DNA of 64,000 nt from positions 342,835 to 406,834 of the forward strand of contig WELB01000030.1 of NCBI GenBank assembly GCA_009602725.1. Direction: 5' to 3'. Made by a program: the position numbers and the translations under genes. Origin of the DNA: Spirogloea muscicola. Lineage: Eukaryota. The notes under the pieces were generated by a model. The model was not told the DNA's origin. It worked only from the letters and a program-made list of their open reading frames with translations, and made no database searches. This document shows, piece after piece, positions 1 to 15,708 of this stretch. The stretch's first letter is position 1. Every line of letters starts with the position of its first letter.

Positions 1-3000
1 TGGAGTCGCCAATGGGACCGTCGGCTCCACCTTTGATGACGACGTCGAGGGGGAGCGCAGGGTGGAGGACACCTACGAGGCCGCCATTGCCGGCATCGAG
101 AGCCTTGACTACGAGGTCATCGAGAGCTCCCTGTACCGCGAAGACCAGGTGCGAGCCTCCTCCCTCTACTTGCCCGCCGCTGCTAGCTCGCCATATTTTC
201 GTCCTCGAGCATGCAGTAGCATGTAGCCCTGTGTATGGAGCTTGAGTTGTGACTTGGGGTCCTTGTCGCGGAGCGGCTGAGTGATGAGATGCTGCTGCTG
301 CACGGCGGAAACTTGGCGGCAGGCCCGCAGCGGCGCGTGGGACCACGCCAGCTACGTCGCACTCAAGTGGGCCTTCGCCCTCCTTCTCGGCATCGGTACG
401 CTCCCGCCCCCTCGCCAGCATACCATGCCTTCAAGCAGCAGATGCCCTCTGGACCCCGCTACGGCCCCTCTAGACTGGTTGCTCAGTCTGGCAGCTCCTA
501 TTGATTGTGCTTATGAGTGCCTGCTGGTCCTACCCTCTCTTAGACAAGACCTGACCCGAAGGCTTCCTCCGGAAGGAGAGAACAAGACCTGTTACGTACC
601 GCCAGACTTGCTTCAATATTCTGATTGAGCTCTTGTGGTCGAGAGTATGCGCTTGCAGGCACGGCACTAGCGGCATTCTTCATCAATGTGGCCGTTGAGA
701 ACCTCGCCGGTTGGAAATTCACGGCTACGTTCTGGCTCCTTCGCCACTCCTACGCGGCTGCGTTCATCGTCTATGCGCTCTTCAATGTCGCCCTCGTACT
801 TTCGTCCGTGCACATTGTGACTGAGTATGCACCTGCTGCGGCTGGGTCCGGCATCCCTGAGATCAAGGGCTACCTCAATGGTATGACACAGCACGTCCGC
901 AAGCTCACATTTAAGTAGTGGGCTTTGAGAGGGCTCCTGGCTTCGGTAAAGCGTAACCTAGTTCCTGGATGAAATACCTTAGACTTTAATGTCATCTGTT
1001 GATTTCATTTACGATTCATGCCTTGTACTCAGCAGCAGTCAGCAGCTTAGCAGAAATTCCTGGCATGAAAAGCCAAGTTATCAGCTCTCATCCTGCTGCT
1101 ATAATTGATCTCATTCAATACAATCATTGCGGCTGTGATGCTCAGGAATTGACACGCCTGGCATATTGCTCCTCAGGACACTCCTTGGCAAGGTGCTTAC
1201 AATCAGCTCTCGCTCTTACCATTCTTGCATTGCATGTTGACGAGTACTCTCTTGTGACTTGATGAGGGGGCGTTGTGATGAGTAGTAGCACCTTTCGTAC
1301 TAGCCAGTATCTTGTAGGCATGCACCGGAAGCACTACAGGGATCGTTTGACCTCAGCCTTGGGCGGCCATGCAAAGTCCTTTCATCTTGCTCTTCTTCGA
1401 AACAAGTCAATTGCCTTGTAACCTGGGCCTACGCACGGCGGCTAATGCTTCTGATGCAAGCTGGCGACTCTTGGGGAGCAGATATTTGGCAGCTTGGGAT
1501 CCGTTGCAGGCGGCCTTGCGCTGGGCAAGGAGGGCCCCCTCGTCCACACAGGGGCTTGCATTGCCTCGCTCCTCGGCCAGGTGATCCTCTGCAAGCACGT
1601 CCTCGTCTTTGGCGAGTATGGCCCAAGGCCTCAGCCCAGAAGCACTTACTCCAAAGGCCAGTGACCCCAATTTGACGTGGGCCCTCATCGGTTCGCCTGC
1701 CTCTTTCTTCATCTAGGTTGCTCAAGGCGAGAGGTGCTGTGCAAGACATGTCCCCATCGAGCTAGCTAAGCTCAGCAATGAAAGAGCAGATAGAAGTGAA
1801 AGCAGACAACTACAAAAAGCCAAGAAGATTAAGAAGTTAGTAGCTGCTGCAAGTGGATGTAGTTGCTGTACAAGCTTGCCTAACACGTTACAACTTGCAT
1901 CTCAGGGTGGCTCAACCAAGTACAGGATAACGTGGCGCCTGCTCCGTGTCTTCCAGAATGATCGCGACCGCAGGGACCTAGTGCGTTCTGATCATCCATC
2001 TTGCTTCTGCATTCTGGGCCTCACTGCAAAGGTCCCGAAGTCAAGCCCTGAGTCAAATTGTAACCCAATACCTGAGGAGCTTTGCTGCTGTTGACCGGGC
2101 TCCTAGGTCACGTGTGGAGCCGCTGCTGGAGCTGCAGCCGCATTTCGTGCGCCGGTGGGAGGCGTGCTGTTTGCGCTGGAGGAGATGACGTCCTGGTCCG
2201 CATATATAAAGCCAGCCGGCCCAGTCGCACGTAGTGCACATTGCTTGATGCTCACACTCCTGCCCTTGCATGGAAAGTCCACCACTTGCTGCTTGCTTGT
2301 CTTGGAGTGCGGCCCTGTGACCATGTCAAATGTAACTGGCGATTCGGAAAAGGCATCGTCTTCTCTTCTGTCACTGGCGTCACGAGTTAGCAACTCCTTA
2401 ATGAACTCACTTGACTATCATAGCAGACCAACCAGAGCGGTACATATGAGTTTCTTCCATTGCCATCAGCTCTTCCTTGACTGCATCATGGGCTGGTGGT
2501 ACAGGTGGAGGAGCCAGCTGCTTTGGCGCGTCTTCTTCACGTCGGCGATCGTGACGGTGGTCCTGCGCTTCCTCATGAGCTGGTGCGCTCGTGGCAATTG
2601 CGGCCACTTTGGCGGCGGAGGTTTCATCATTTGGGACATCCACCAAGGGTGAGCGTTGTGTGGCTGCTCCGGTCCTGAGAATTTTGTAGCCTGCAAGGCA
2701 ACTGTTGAGAGTCACAGACCTTTTTTGCACTGAAAATAGGTGCCGAAAAGATAAGCCTTGCTCCAATCGTCCAGCTGAAAATGCAAGCCGGCTGAAGTCG
2801 CAAGTGTTCATCATATTATATGTGCGTGCAGTGCGCAGGAGGACTATGCTTTTGTGGAACTCTTGCCAATGGCTGCTGTTGGTATCATTGGCGGCATTCT
2901 TGGTAAATGTCTGACCAAAGAATATCTGCCTATTTCATGGTGGCGCCTGCTGGTGACTTGCGAGCACATACTGCATTAGTGATGAATTTCAACAGTCCTG

Positions 3001-6000
3001 GCTGTGACATGCGCCTGGAATATTGGAAAGTCGTATAGTAAGAGTCAAAGATACTCTTGCGTAGGATGTAGTTGCAGTATCGTTGAGCCCTCCTTAAACC
3101 TGCACATAAGTGGCTTTGAAACCTGCACATACGTGGCTTATGCAGTCAATTAACAAGTGAAATGAGTAGAAGTTCCCAACACCAAAGCATTTTAGCTCTG
3201 ACTGCATTGCAGGGGCGCTGTTTAATCAGTTGACATTTTACCTCTCCTCCTGGCGGCGTAATTCCCTACACCCGCATGGCAATCATGTCAAGGTGGCCTC
3301 CCTAGCCTCATGTGGTACGACAAGTCTTGCTTGTTGTAGTGTGCTGACTTGTGACAGGATTTCACCTAAGCAATTACATCGGCATGATTTTCGTCAAACT
3401 TTGGGTGCATGTGCATGTGCATGAAAGTGCAACAGAGTGGAGTCCTTAACAGGCAGTCGTTCTTAGATTTGAAGTTCCCAGGACCTGTGTTCTGCTGACA
3501 GCGCATGTTGCATACAGGCACTTCCGCAGCTTGACATAGCTACTGCACTTGTTATTTCAATAGGTCATCGAAGCCTGCACAGTGGCACTCTTGACGACGG
3601 CACTGTCCTTTGGGATGCCTATGCTCACAAAATGCAGGCCCTGCCCAGACCCTGAGAAGTATCCACTCATTGAGTGTCCAAGACCGCAGAGGAACTATGG
3701 CAACTTTGTCAATGTAATTCCTCATCCGCCTGTTTCCTGCTAGTTCCTGCTGTTTGATGCTGATGGGTGTTAACATCTTTGCACCTGAATGCTTGGACAA
3801 TGTCAAATTAATCTATAGCTAGGGCTGCACTTGGTAATCGAACGTGGGGCTGATGGTTGGGCTGCTTAGAGATGGACAGAACTGCCGCTGTTTGTGTTGT
3901 CGATTTTACAGCCGCTGACTGTCTTGCATCATTTCAGTTCTACTGTCAGAATGATGGGGAGTACAATGACCTTGCCACTATCTTCTTCAACACTCAGGTG
4001 CTTAAACAACTGTCTACCACGGTATCTGTGAGCGTTGCTTCTAAAGCACCACATTTGCACCTCGAGCATCTTGGAGAGAGGCGATTGCTTGGTCTATTTA
4101 TTTGTCTTCCAGTAACAAGGATTGCAAGCTGCTGAGGATGTTGCCTAGTTGAGGTTGCACCCTACAGCCTTGTGCTTGTGACAATTGCCTGTTATTTGCC
4201 AGGATGATGCTATCCGGAACCTCTTCAGCAGCAACACGCACCATGAATACAGCGCCCACACCCTTGTAACTTTTCTGGTGAGTTCCGTTCGGCAGGAAAT
4301 GCCATGTCTGGGCTTCCAATTAAGATAGGAACAACAATCACCTAATCCACCAATCATAGCAGGCATAACCCTATAATTACATCAAAAAAGCTGCTCCTCT
4401 AATATATAAGAGCTCTGCTGTCACTGCTGGCCTGAAGCTTGTAGCTCACGCACGCCACATCCAGTAGGCTGCAATGAATCACGCTAAAAAATCACGGATA
4501 GCAAACCTCTCAGAGTGGCTTCATTGTATGTGGGCGACCAGGTCACGTTTTTCGGCCTAGCCGTCATCACCTATGGCACGGCCGTTCCTTCTGGCCAGTT
4601 CGTCCCCGGCATCATGATCGGCTCGACATATGGGAGACTTGTGGGAATGGTCATTACGCATCTCTACTCCAAGGACACAATAGACGAGGGGACGTGAGTC
4701 ACGGCTCCTCTTACATCCACCATTGGTCGTGTCCTCAGACCTCGGCACTCTCGCCAGTCATTGCACACAGAAGCACTTGTAGTGGGGCCCTACTGCACAT
4801 GACTCCCTGCCTCACCATATGCAGTGGCCCACATTATGTACGGAACAGTATTGTCCTATTGGTCCAGGTTTGTGGTGTACATTAGCAAGCTGACCGTTGC
4901 AGCTTGTGGGTAGCTCAAGCTTGAAGTCACCATTGATGTTATATCATGCAGGTATGCCCTCCTTGGGGCAGCGTCCTTCCTGGCGGGCTCCATGCGGATG
5001 ACTGTGTCGCTGTGCGTAATAATGGTCGAGATTACCAACAATCTGAAGCTCCTCCCGCTTATCATGCTCGTCGTCCTCATTTCCAAGGTGCATATCATCC
5101 AAATATACACATTCATACTCGGCAGGACATTACCTATAGAATCTCATACAGATATGACAGAAGTACAAGAGCTCCAAGTGCACAATCCTTGGTGGCAATT
5201 TTGCCATTTTTGGAAGAACAACAGGTCTGCTTACTCTGTCATTCTGAAGAATGTCCTTTGCTCGATCCTTCATGTTTCTCAAGGCTGTGGGAGACGCATT
5301 CACACCAGGATTCTACGATGTGCATGCAAGCCTGAAGCAGATTCCGATACTGGAATCTCAGCCCAAGCGTTTCATGGGAAAGCTCAGTGCCAGAGATGCC
5401 ATCACCAAGAAGGTGCTCTATCTCTAAGCCCATTGGACATCCTTACTCATAAGCTACTCAAGTCATAACATTTTGGAGAAAGCACTAACTGGGCATTCAG
5501 GGGGTTTAATGTTTGACGGCATGTGTGCTCAGCAGGCTGTTACACTCTCCCGTCTGGAGCAAGTTGGACACCTGCTCAGCGTGCTTCGGAGTACGCAGCA
5601 CAATGGCTTCCCTGTGAGGCTGCAGCTGCTCACTTGACCTTCTGCAGTTTCCACATTTGTCATGCTGGATGCAGCTGTCTCTTGCGCCTACTTTGTACTT
5701 GCACTGATGGCACTCCACTGTCATCCACCTTTAGCCGCTGATTGAGCATCTAAGTCAGATTGTATGTGCATTGCTTCATGTTGTTGCCCCGTGTACCACT
5801 GACACTATGCTGCCAAATTCACAGGTCGTTGAAGACCTCGGAGAAGGAAAGACTGCCCTCATTGGCCTCATTTTGCGTAGGTATTATCAAGCTTGGCAGC
5901 CCACCACAACGCTCACACTTGACATCAGCTCGTTTCTATGGTTGAGATAAGCAGCATGGATTTAATCAGCAGCTTATTTCCCCTGCTGATGGGAGTTACT

Positions 6001-7509
6001 GTGTAATAGCTTCCCTGACGCTTTCAAGACGTCAATCAGTATTTCTGGGAATCTGCATGCAGCCACTTGGTGATGTTGCTCAAGTCACGCGCGGACTTCC
6101 AGCAGACAGAAACGGTTGGCGACACTCGAGGACGAATTCCTTTCAGGTTCTTGACCATCCTCTTTACTGGCCTAATTACCGTCCCACAGTTGCTCGATGT
6201 TGCATATGTCCATCTCAGGCTCAGCTCCACTGCATGTGACAGCTTGCATTCAGCATACAGGTAATGAAATGTCTGATGCAGGGAAAGGGTAACAGCACAA
6301 ATTGCTGAGCAGTGAGCTCTCTGTCCAATAGTGATTTGTACGATAGCACAAGCAGCTGCATCTTGTCCAAGTTCTGTTTGGCAACATCTCAGCTCTGAAG
6401 AACAAGCAAGCACGAGCCAGTAATACAGCTCCATCTGCATTGGGGCTTGTGCTAGGTATGACATCACTGACTTTGCTAAGCCAGCATCCACCAAGGGTTT
6501 AGCTGTGGAGGACGTCCAGCTATCAGAGGCAGAGCTTGCCATGTGGCTCGACCTCAAGCCGTTTCTGAACCCGACGCCGTACATTGTCGATGAAGATGTG
6601 TCTGTTACAAAGGTGACACCACCTTCCTACTAGGCTGATGACAAGAGCATGCGCTGGATGTTACAGTTGAGGCACAACACTGATCCTTCTTTGTTGTTCA
6701 AGTAGTAGTGGAAGCATTGCATATGGCGGTTATTCTTTTGGAGGTCTAAGGAACATGGGGCTCTTGCGGGCCTGGCAGGCATACATGCTATTCAGGCAAC
6801 TCGGTCTCCGCCACCTCTGTGTGGTGCCCAAGCCACTGGGCGTGCTGGGGGTCATCACGCGCAAGGACCTTCTTCATGAGGTCAACAACACACTGCATTA
6901 CAACCAGCACAACCCTCCATATGATGACAATAGAGAGTGATACAGGCACAGTTGCCTTTGTTAGTAAGCATGGCTTATCGTTGGCTTCTAGACTTTCTCC
7001 TGATTTGACTATGCTGCTGAGCAGATCTTGGAAGAGAGGATACCAGATGCAGCACATAGTCTCCCACTGAAGGGCCTCAATAAAGTATGTCAAGCCTGTC
7101 TTAGCAACAGAGCTGAGTCTTAAGTGGCTAGGAAGTGCAGTTGTGTTGCTTGACTTTGTGTGTGTAAATGTGCACGTGTGTGCACGCGTGCGTGCGGGTG
7201 GGCGGCGCATGTGTGTGCGCGCGCGCGCGCGCGTTTGGGTGTGCGTGTGTTCATGAGTGTGTGTTTGTGTGCGCGTGTGCAAGTGTGTGTTTGTGTGTTG
7301 TTTTGTGAGCCATCCGTTCATGATGACTTTGCATTGACGTTTTGATCTGGCCCTTCTCATTGTCAGGCTGCCTTTTCCAACAATTTGTATCACAAGCTGA
7401 CGCAAATGCGTTGCTTTGTGGGCAGGCTCCCAGCTTCCTCCGCAGGCCAGACCGACGACGGTCTGGCGACTACCACTGGGAGTATGACGAGGTAGAGGAG
7501 ATGATGTAA
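1..7509 (+). CDS. CLC-d: CLC family voltage-gated chloride channel / anion-proton antiporter, CLC-d-like; multi-exon, 5' end outside the window
   Basis: Spliced exons give IESLDYEVIESSLYREDQ, AAAGSGIPEIKGYLNG, GLALGKEGPLVHTGACIAS, GVLFALEEMTSWWRSQLLWRVFF, VPSGQFVPGIMIG, SMRMTVSLCVIMVEITNNL and CBS-domain segments (QHNGFP; LFRQLGLRHLCVVP..GVITRKDLL). Last exon ends ..YDEVEEMM-TAA at 7507-7509. All introns checked are GT-AG. Confidence 0.95.
7157..7300. repeat. Degenerate (TG)n/(CG)n alternating purine-pyrimidine microsatellite in the last CLC intron
   Basis: gtgtgtgtaaatgtgcacgtgtgtgcacgcgtgcgtgc...gtgtgtgcgcgcgcgcgcgcgcg...gtgtgtttgtgtg. Confidence 0.85.
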
Positions 7510-9069
7510 AGGGAGGTAGGTGTTATATCAGCCGCGACTTATCTCGGCTGCCCTTGCGGAGCAGAGGAATAGAGGGGGCCATTGGGTCTTGGGTGGGTTG
7601 TCAAGTGTGTCAGACACAAGTCAGCTCATTGTGTTGAGCACGGGGCTGTGGTGTCCTCAGAGACTGCTTCAGCAAGCTACATGGGGCGCCTCTACCTACA
7701 TGGCCTTTGCATGTAAATGGAAGCCAAGTTGGTCTCAGTGCGCACATTCTCAAGCACGCCGGCTTGACCAAGCAATTGTGACATGTTATGCAGCTGCATT
7801 TACAACTTTGGAAGTAGGTCACTTCGTAAGACTGTCCAAAGATGCGCAACTCTTGCTCGCAGGCAACTACACCATGCTTACAATGCTCTACTGTGCGACC
7901 TGCTCCTTAATAGGAAAGACAGATAATGTGGGCTTACATCTTAGCTTAACCGCCTTCAAGGACAGCGCTGCTCCTCCTTTATGCTGCGCCAAGCTGTGAT
8001 CATGGAGACCTTGAGTTGTACAATGAAGCACGAAAAGCGCGGCCGCATTGACTGGTGGCTGGGAGAAGCCAGCCCAAAAGGAATGGACAAGGTCAAGAGG
8101 AGCCGAAGCACGAGGCGTCCAGATTGCAGAATCTGGGGAAATCGAGGTGATTGAGGGGCGCCGACCGCCGGTTGCTGGCGGCATGACGACTACCTTGACT
8201 CAGCTTCGCCTAGGTGCAATACTGGTGCGCCCTGCATCTCTTTGAAGACCACACGCTGCTTCCCGTCCTGCAAGGCGTTGCTCCAGGCCTCTCACGGCGG
8301 CAGCTACACAAGCATGCGCACGCGCAGCCCAGCGAGGGACCCGACGGAGGATTGGCCCCCGCACGTCTGCGCAAGCGCAATTGCGGACGGGCCGCCGGCG
8401 GCCGCGGGACTGCCGCTGCGGGCGACGGCGGCGGCGGGGTACAGGACGCGGCGCGAGTTGCGGCGCGACAGACTGCGCAGAATGCGGCGCGCAATGCGGC
8501 GCGGAATGTGGAGGCTCTTGTCATCGTTGCCGCGGCCGACGACACCTGGCCAGGGCCGGCCACGTGGCAGGGGGGTGGGGGGGGGGTTTTTGGGGCTTTC
8601 CTTGGGGCGCCCCAGGGGTGGCCGCCGCCTGGTAACGCGTACCTGCGGGCGCGGGGGGGGGGNNNNNNNNNNNNNNNNNNNNNNNNNNNNNNNNNNNNNN
8701 NNNNNNNNNNNNNNNNNNNNNNNNNNNNNNNNNNNNNNNNNNNNNNNNNNNNNNNNNNNNNNNNNNNNNNNNNNNNNNNNNNNNNNNNNNNNNNNNNNNN
8801 NNNNNNNNNNNNNNNNNNNNNNNNNNNNNNNNNNNNNNNNNNNNNNNNNNNNNNNNNNNNNNNNNNNNNNNNNNNNNNNNNNNNNNNNNNNNNNNNNNNN
8901 NNNNNNNNNNNNNNNNNNNNNNNNNNNNNNNNNNNNNNNNNNNNNNNNNNNNNNNNNNNNNNNNNNNNNNNNNNNNNNNNNNNNNNNNNNNNNNNNNNNN
9001 NNNNNNNNNNNNNNNNNNNNNNNNNNNNNNNNNNNNNNNNNNNNNNNNNNNNNNNNNNNNNNNNNNNNN

Positions 9070-12000
9070 GCCGCCGCTGCTGACGCCGCCGCCGTCGTCG
9101 TCGCCGTCTCTCCGCGAGGGCCCCGGAGGCCCGCCGCCTCGCAAGCTCGGCTCGGCCGCGAGGCCCGTGGCAAGCCCTGCGGCGGCTGCAAGCGGGCCCG
9201 CTGTGGAGTAGGGGCGCTCCCGCGTGCCTGCGGCTCTGCGGCGCCGGCGGCGGCGGCCTCCGGCCTTGGCAGCAGCCCTCCTCCCGTGACGGCGGCGCTG
9301 CCCTCCGCCTTTGCTCGGAGGCCAGGGCGGGGCAATCTGCCATCGCCGCACATCCCGCACCAGCCGGCGGGGCTGAAGGAGGTGCCGGCGACTGCCGGAG
9401 GCGCCAAGGCTCTCATGGGCGCGGCGGCGGCGCCGCCTTCCGCGGCGCGCCGGCACCACCACCACCCGCCGCTGAGCCCCGCTGTGCGCTATGGCGCGCT
9501 CCTTCGCCTCGCGCTGCCCTCCATGCTGCTCCAGAGCGCGGCGCCCGCCGCCATCACCGTCCAGACGGCGCTCCTCGGCCACAAGGCGCGGGAGCTCGTC
9601 GCCGTCTGGGCCGTCGTCTCCAGTGAGCTCCTTCCGCCGCCTCCACATGACCGGCCATGGCGCTCGGCTTGGTGGGCTGCTTCGTTGCATCTGGCTGACT
9701 GCTGCAAGTCACGACGGCTCAGCGTTCCTTGTGCTCCTTGACCCGCCGCCTGCGCTGAGGCGCATCCTGCCATGTCGTGCTGTGCTGCGCAGCAACCATG
9801 AATTCGGCGACGACCGTGTTCAACTTCCTCGTCACGGGCGTGACAGCCAAGGTATGCCGCAGCGCTTCCGAGCAAGCCGGCGTCCTCGTGCCGCAATGAA
9901 GCCACGTGAGCCTGCCTTGGTCATCGCCGCTAGCCGTGCCCGCGATTCTCTGGAGGGGCCATGAGCAGTCAAGTCCTCCATTGCCGTGGCCAACCTCTGA
10001 CAAGCTCTGTGCCGGGGACGCCAAGCTCGGCAGGTGAGCAAGAGCGTGGGCGCGCGAGCGTGGAGCCACGTGGGAAGCCGCATCCGGCTGGCGCTGCTGT
10101 GCGCTGCGGCTGCGGGCCTGCTGGCACTTGGGCTGCTCGCGGCGGTGCAGCGGCCGGTCTTCGAGCTCTTTGGCGTCCACGGCGACGTGCGCCGGCCCGC
10201 ATCGCAGTACTACGTCCTGCGCATGGCCGGCCTGCCCTTCCAGCTCCTCGCCATGTCCACCACCGGCATCCTCCAGGGCTACAAGGTGAGCCGATTGCCG
10301 CCGCTGCCGCCGCTGTCATCGTCTTGCCGCTCGTCAGCCGCTTGCCCATGGCTGGTCAGTGTGCAGCTTGGCTCACAGCCCCCTGCTGCTGCTGGAAACA
10401 TCGTGTGCAGCGCGTGTACGTCGTGGCAGGGCTGAATATTGCGCGGTTGTGCCTGGACGTGCTCGGCAGCTACCTCGCGCTCTTTGTCCTCGACCTCGGC
10501 ATCTGGGGGGTCGGCGTGTCGAACCTGGTGGCGCCGGCTGCAGCGGCCGCCGCCGGCTTGGCGCTCATCCTCAACTTCCCGCCTGAGGACGGCCAGGGCA
10601 AGATCATCGTCTTACCTCGGCCTGCCTCCGCGCCCACGCCTGACCCGTCGCTCCATGGCGGAGGCAGCGACCGTAAGTCGCTGCCACTGCTGCACCAATG
10701 CGAGGAGGGTGGCGGCGTCGGCGTCGGCGTCGGCGTCGGCAGCTTCGGACGGGGGCGCGAGGGCCTGCCTGACGTCGCCTCCAAGGCGATGCTCGTCAGC
10801 TCCTTATCCGGCCACTATGAAGGCGCCGATGGCGGGAATGGTGCCAGCATTGACGACTACGACAAGGGGCCGTGGGAGTTCATCTGGGACGGCCTGAGCA
10901 CCATCGTCCGCAGCGGCGTTGTTCAGGTGCCACAACCTCAGCAGCTGTCGCCCCAAGCGCCTGCATACCGTGGCTGCTTATTGTTGCCCTTAGCTGCCGT
11001 TCAACCCAAAGTCTGCCTTAATTGACTGCCATAATGACTCCTGCAGGCATCATTCTTCATGTCACTGGTGGTCGCGTCGCGGCTGGGCCTGGACGCGGTG
11101 GCGGCACATCAGGTGGTGTACCAGCTCTGGCTCATCACTGTGTATGTCGCGGACGGATTCGCCACGGCGGGCACGATCGTAGGCTCGGACCTGGCAGGCC
11201 AGATGGACCGCTCGCAGAATGCGGAGGAGCAGGCGCTGCACCTGCGCGAGCTCCGCATGATGGCGCATCGCGTCCTCCTCATGGGCACCTGCTTTGGTGC
11301 GCCTCCTCGCTGCCACTCAGACGGTGTTTCTGCCGTACATTCTGACACGCCAAATTTATAGTCATTGAGTCCTGGTGCCGTGCAACTCTGGCTCCTGTTC
11401 CGTTGCTTGTGGCGCTAACCATCGCATCGTACTTAGACTTTCTGCCACTTTGCGCTTGCAGGCGTGTTCATGTGCGGCGCGTCGCTGCTATTTCGGGAGC
11501 AGGTCATTGGACTGTTCACGATAGACCCAGCGACCAAGGTGCAGCTGCGCGCCATCTGGCCGTACCTCGCCTTTGCCCACCCTCTCAACGCCCTGGTGAG
11601 GCTTCATAATAAGCCAGGGGCTTACTACCATGCCATTGAGCATCTGCAGCGCAATGTCTGCTGCGGGGCCTTGCGAAGCTGCAGTCTGCCTGTGTCCAGT
11701 TGCTCAGTGCTCGTCGCCGATGCTGGCTCTGCCCTGTGCAGGTCTTCGTGTACGACGGGCTCATTTATGCGGCGCAGGCATTTGCATACATGGCCGTCTG
11801 CGTCTCTCTCGGCTTCGCTTTCCTCTTCCTGCCTGTGCTCGGTGCGCCATCTCTCATAGCCGGCTCTTCAAAAGTTGCTGGCTGCATTCAGGCAGCCACC
11901 TTGCATGCCTAGCGTGCTTGCAGGTCCAAGATGTTTCACTTCGAATGTGCATCCAGAAAGTCGGATGCCACTGCCCAGTACCTTAGGTGCCCATGGCATT

Positions 12001-12373
12001 GTGGTCCTACCTAGTACTTGGGGATTTGTCAATGCTAGCTGCTTGGCTGTGTAGTGCTAGCTGCTTGGCTGTGTAAGGTATGCGTATATCTGCCATGATT
12101 GGTGAAGCTTCTTCTGCCTCAATGTTGTCCTTCTACCGTGCTTGTCTTGCAGGTGCTGCGCACTTTTACTTCCACACTCTCATCTCAGTGTGGGCGTCCA
12201 AGGTCGTTCTCAACCTCGTGCGGCTCTCCGCATGCGTCTACAAGATCCACTTCTCATTCCTCTGCCCACCACCGGTGCTGCAACCAGTTGTCGTCGATTC
12301 CTCTGTGCTTGACCACCACGCACAATCGCTGGATCACTCTGAGGATGACGCGGAGGATGAGGGGCGGACATGA
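9070..12373 (+). CDS. MATE (DinF/DTX-like) multidrug and toxin extrusion transporter; start uncertain (abuts gap; in-frame ATG at 9415)
   Basis: Exons encode LLRLALPSMLLQSAAPAAITVQTALLGH, TTVFNFLVTGVTAKVSKSVG, YYVLRMAGLPFQLLAMSTTGILQGY, LDLGIWGVGVSNLVA, LGLDAVAAHQVVYQLW..VADGFATAG, HPLNALVFVYDGLIYAAQAFAY, i.e. two MatE-like halves. Stop at 12371-12373. Confidence 0.88.
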
Positions 12374-12910
12374 CTGCAGGCAGAGTGGTCAGTCATGAGA
12401 TAGGCTGTTGCAAAGTCCAGGCTTGCACGCTTATTCGTGGCATTCTTGTATTAAGTAGTACAATATGAGGAGACAGAATGCTCTTAATTCGTGATTGAAG
12501 CCGGCAAGGTGGATGGATGCGTGCTGCTCTAGCCTGCTCCGGCGAATGTAATAGCAAGGCATCCCATGTGAAAGTTGGAGGTGGACACTGAAAGCTCACT
12601 TCAGACTCTGTGGAGTACTTGGAAAATGAGCTAGCAGTGTGAAAGAGTGAGATAGCAATACCGGAAGCAGCTTCAATACGTGTATGTCACACTTGCAAGG
12701 ACTGCAGACTGCAAGCCGGACAAGGCCAGAGACCAACAGAAGTGTCTTGCATGTCAAAACTGGTCTGCGACCATGGCCTTGCTTTGCAATTCTGTCTTGG
12801 CGCCTGCTTGCTCTAGGTCAACGGCTCATTGAGGACCTCCTCGTGTAATAACTACATGGTATTACTAAGGGCTCTGAAAGTAACTCCAGGCTGATTATCT
12901 AGCATGCCCC

Positions 12911-15477
<2,567 letters not shown>

Positions 15478-15675
15478 GCGGCGGCGGCGGCGGCGCGACG
15501 GCGGCGGCTAGGTTTTAGGGTTTCAGGGTTTAGGTTTTGGGGCGGCGGCGGCGGTGGCGGCGGCGGCGGAGACGGCGGCGGCGACGGCAGCTCCTTCTTG
15601 ACATATGACGCTCTTGAAGAAGAGGCGACAATGCTGGCGGCGATGGAGGTGCCGTGGGAGGAGGACGACGNCTCA

Positions 15676-15708
<33 letters not shown>

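Noticed and set aside
8214..8662. GC-rich ORFs with a faint MYND-like fragment (RRCSR / DWPPHVCA)
   Set aside because: The motif pieces lie in different frames and the Cys spacing is wrong. The G-run-rich end next to the gap looks low quality.
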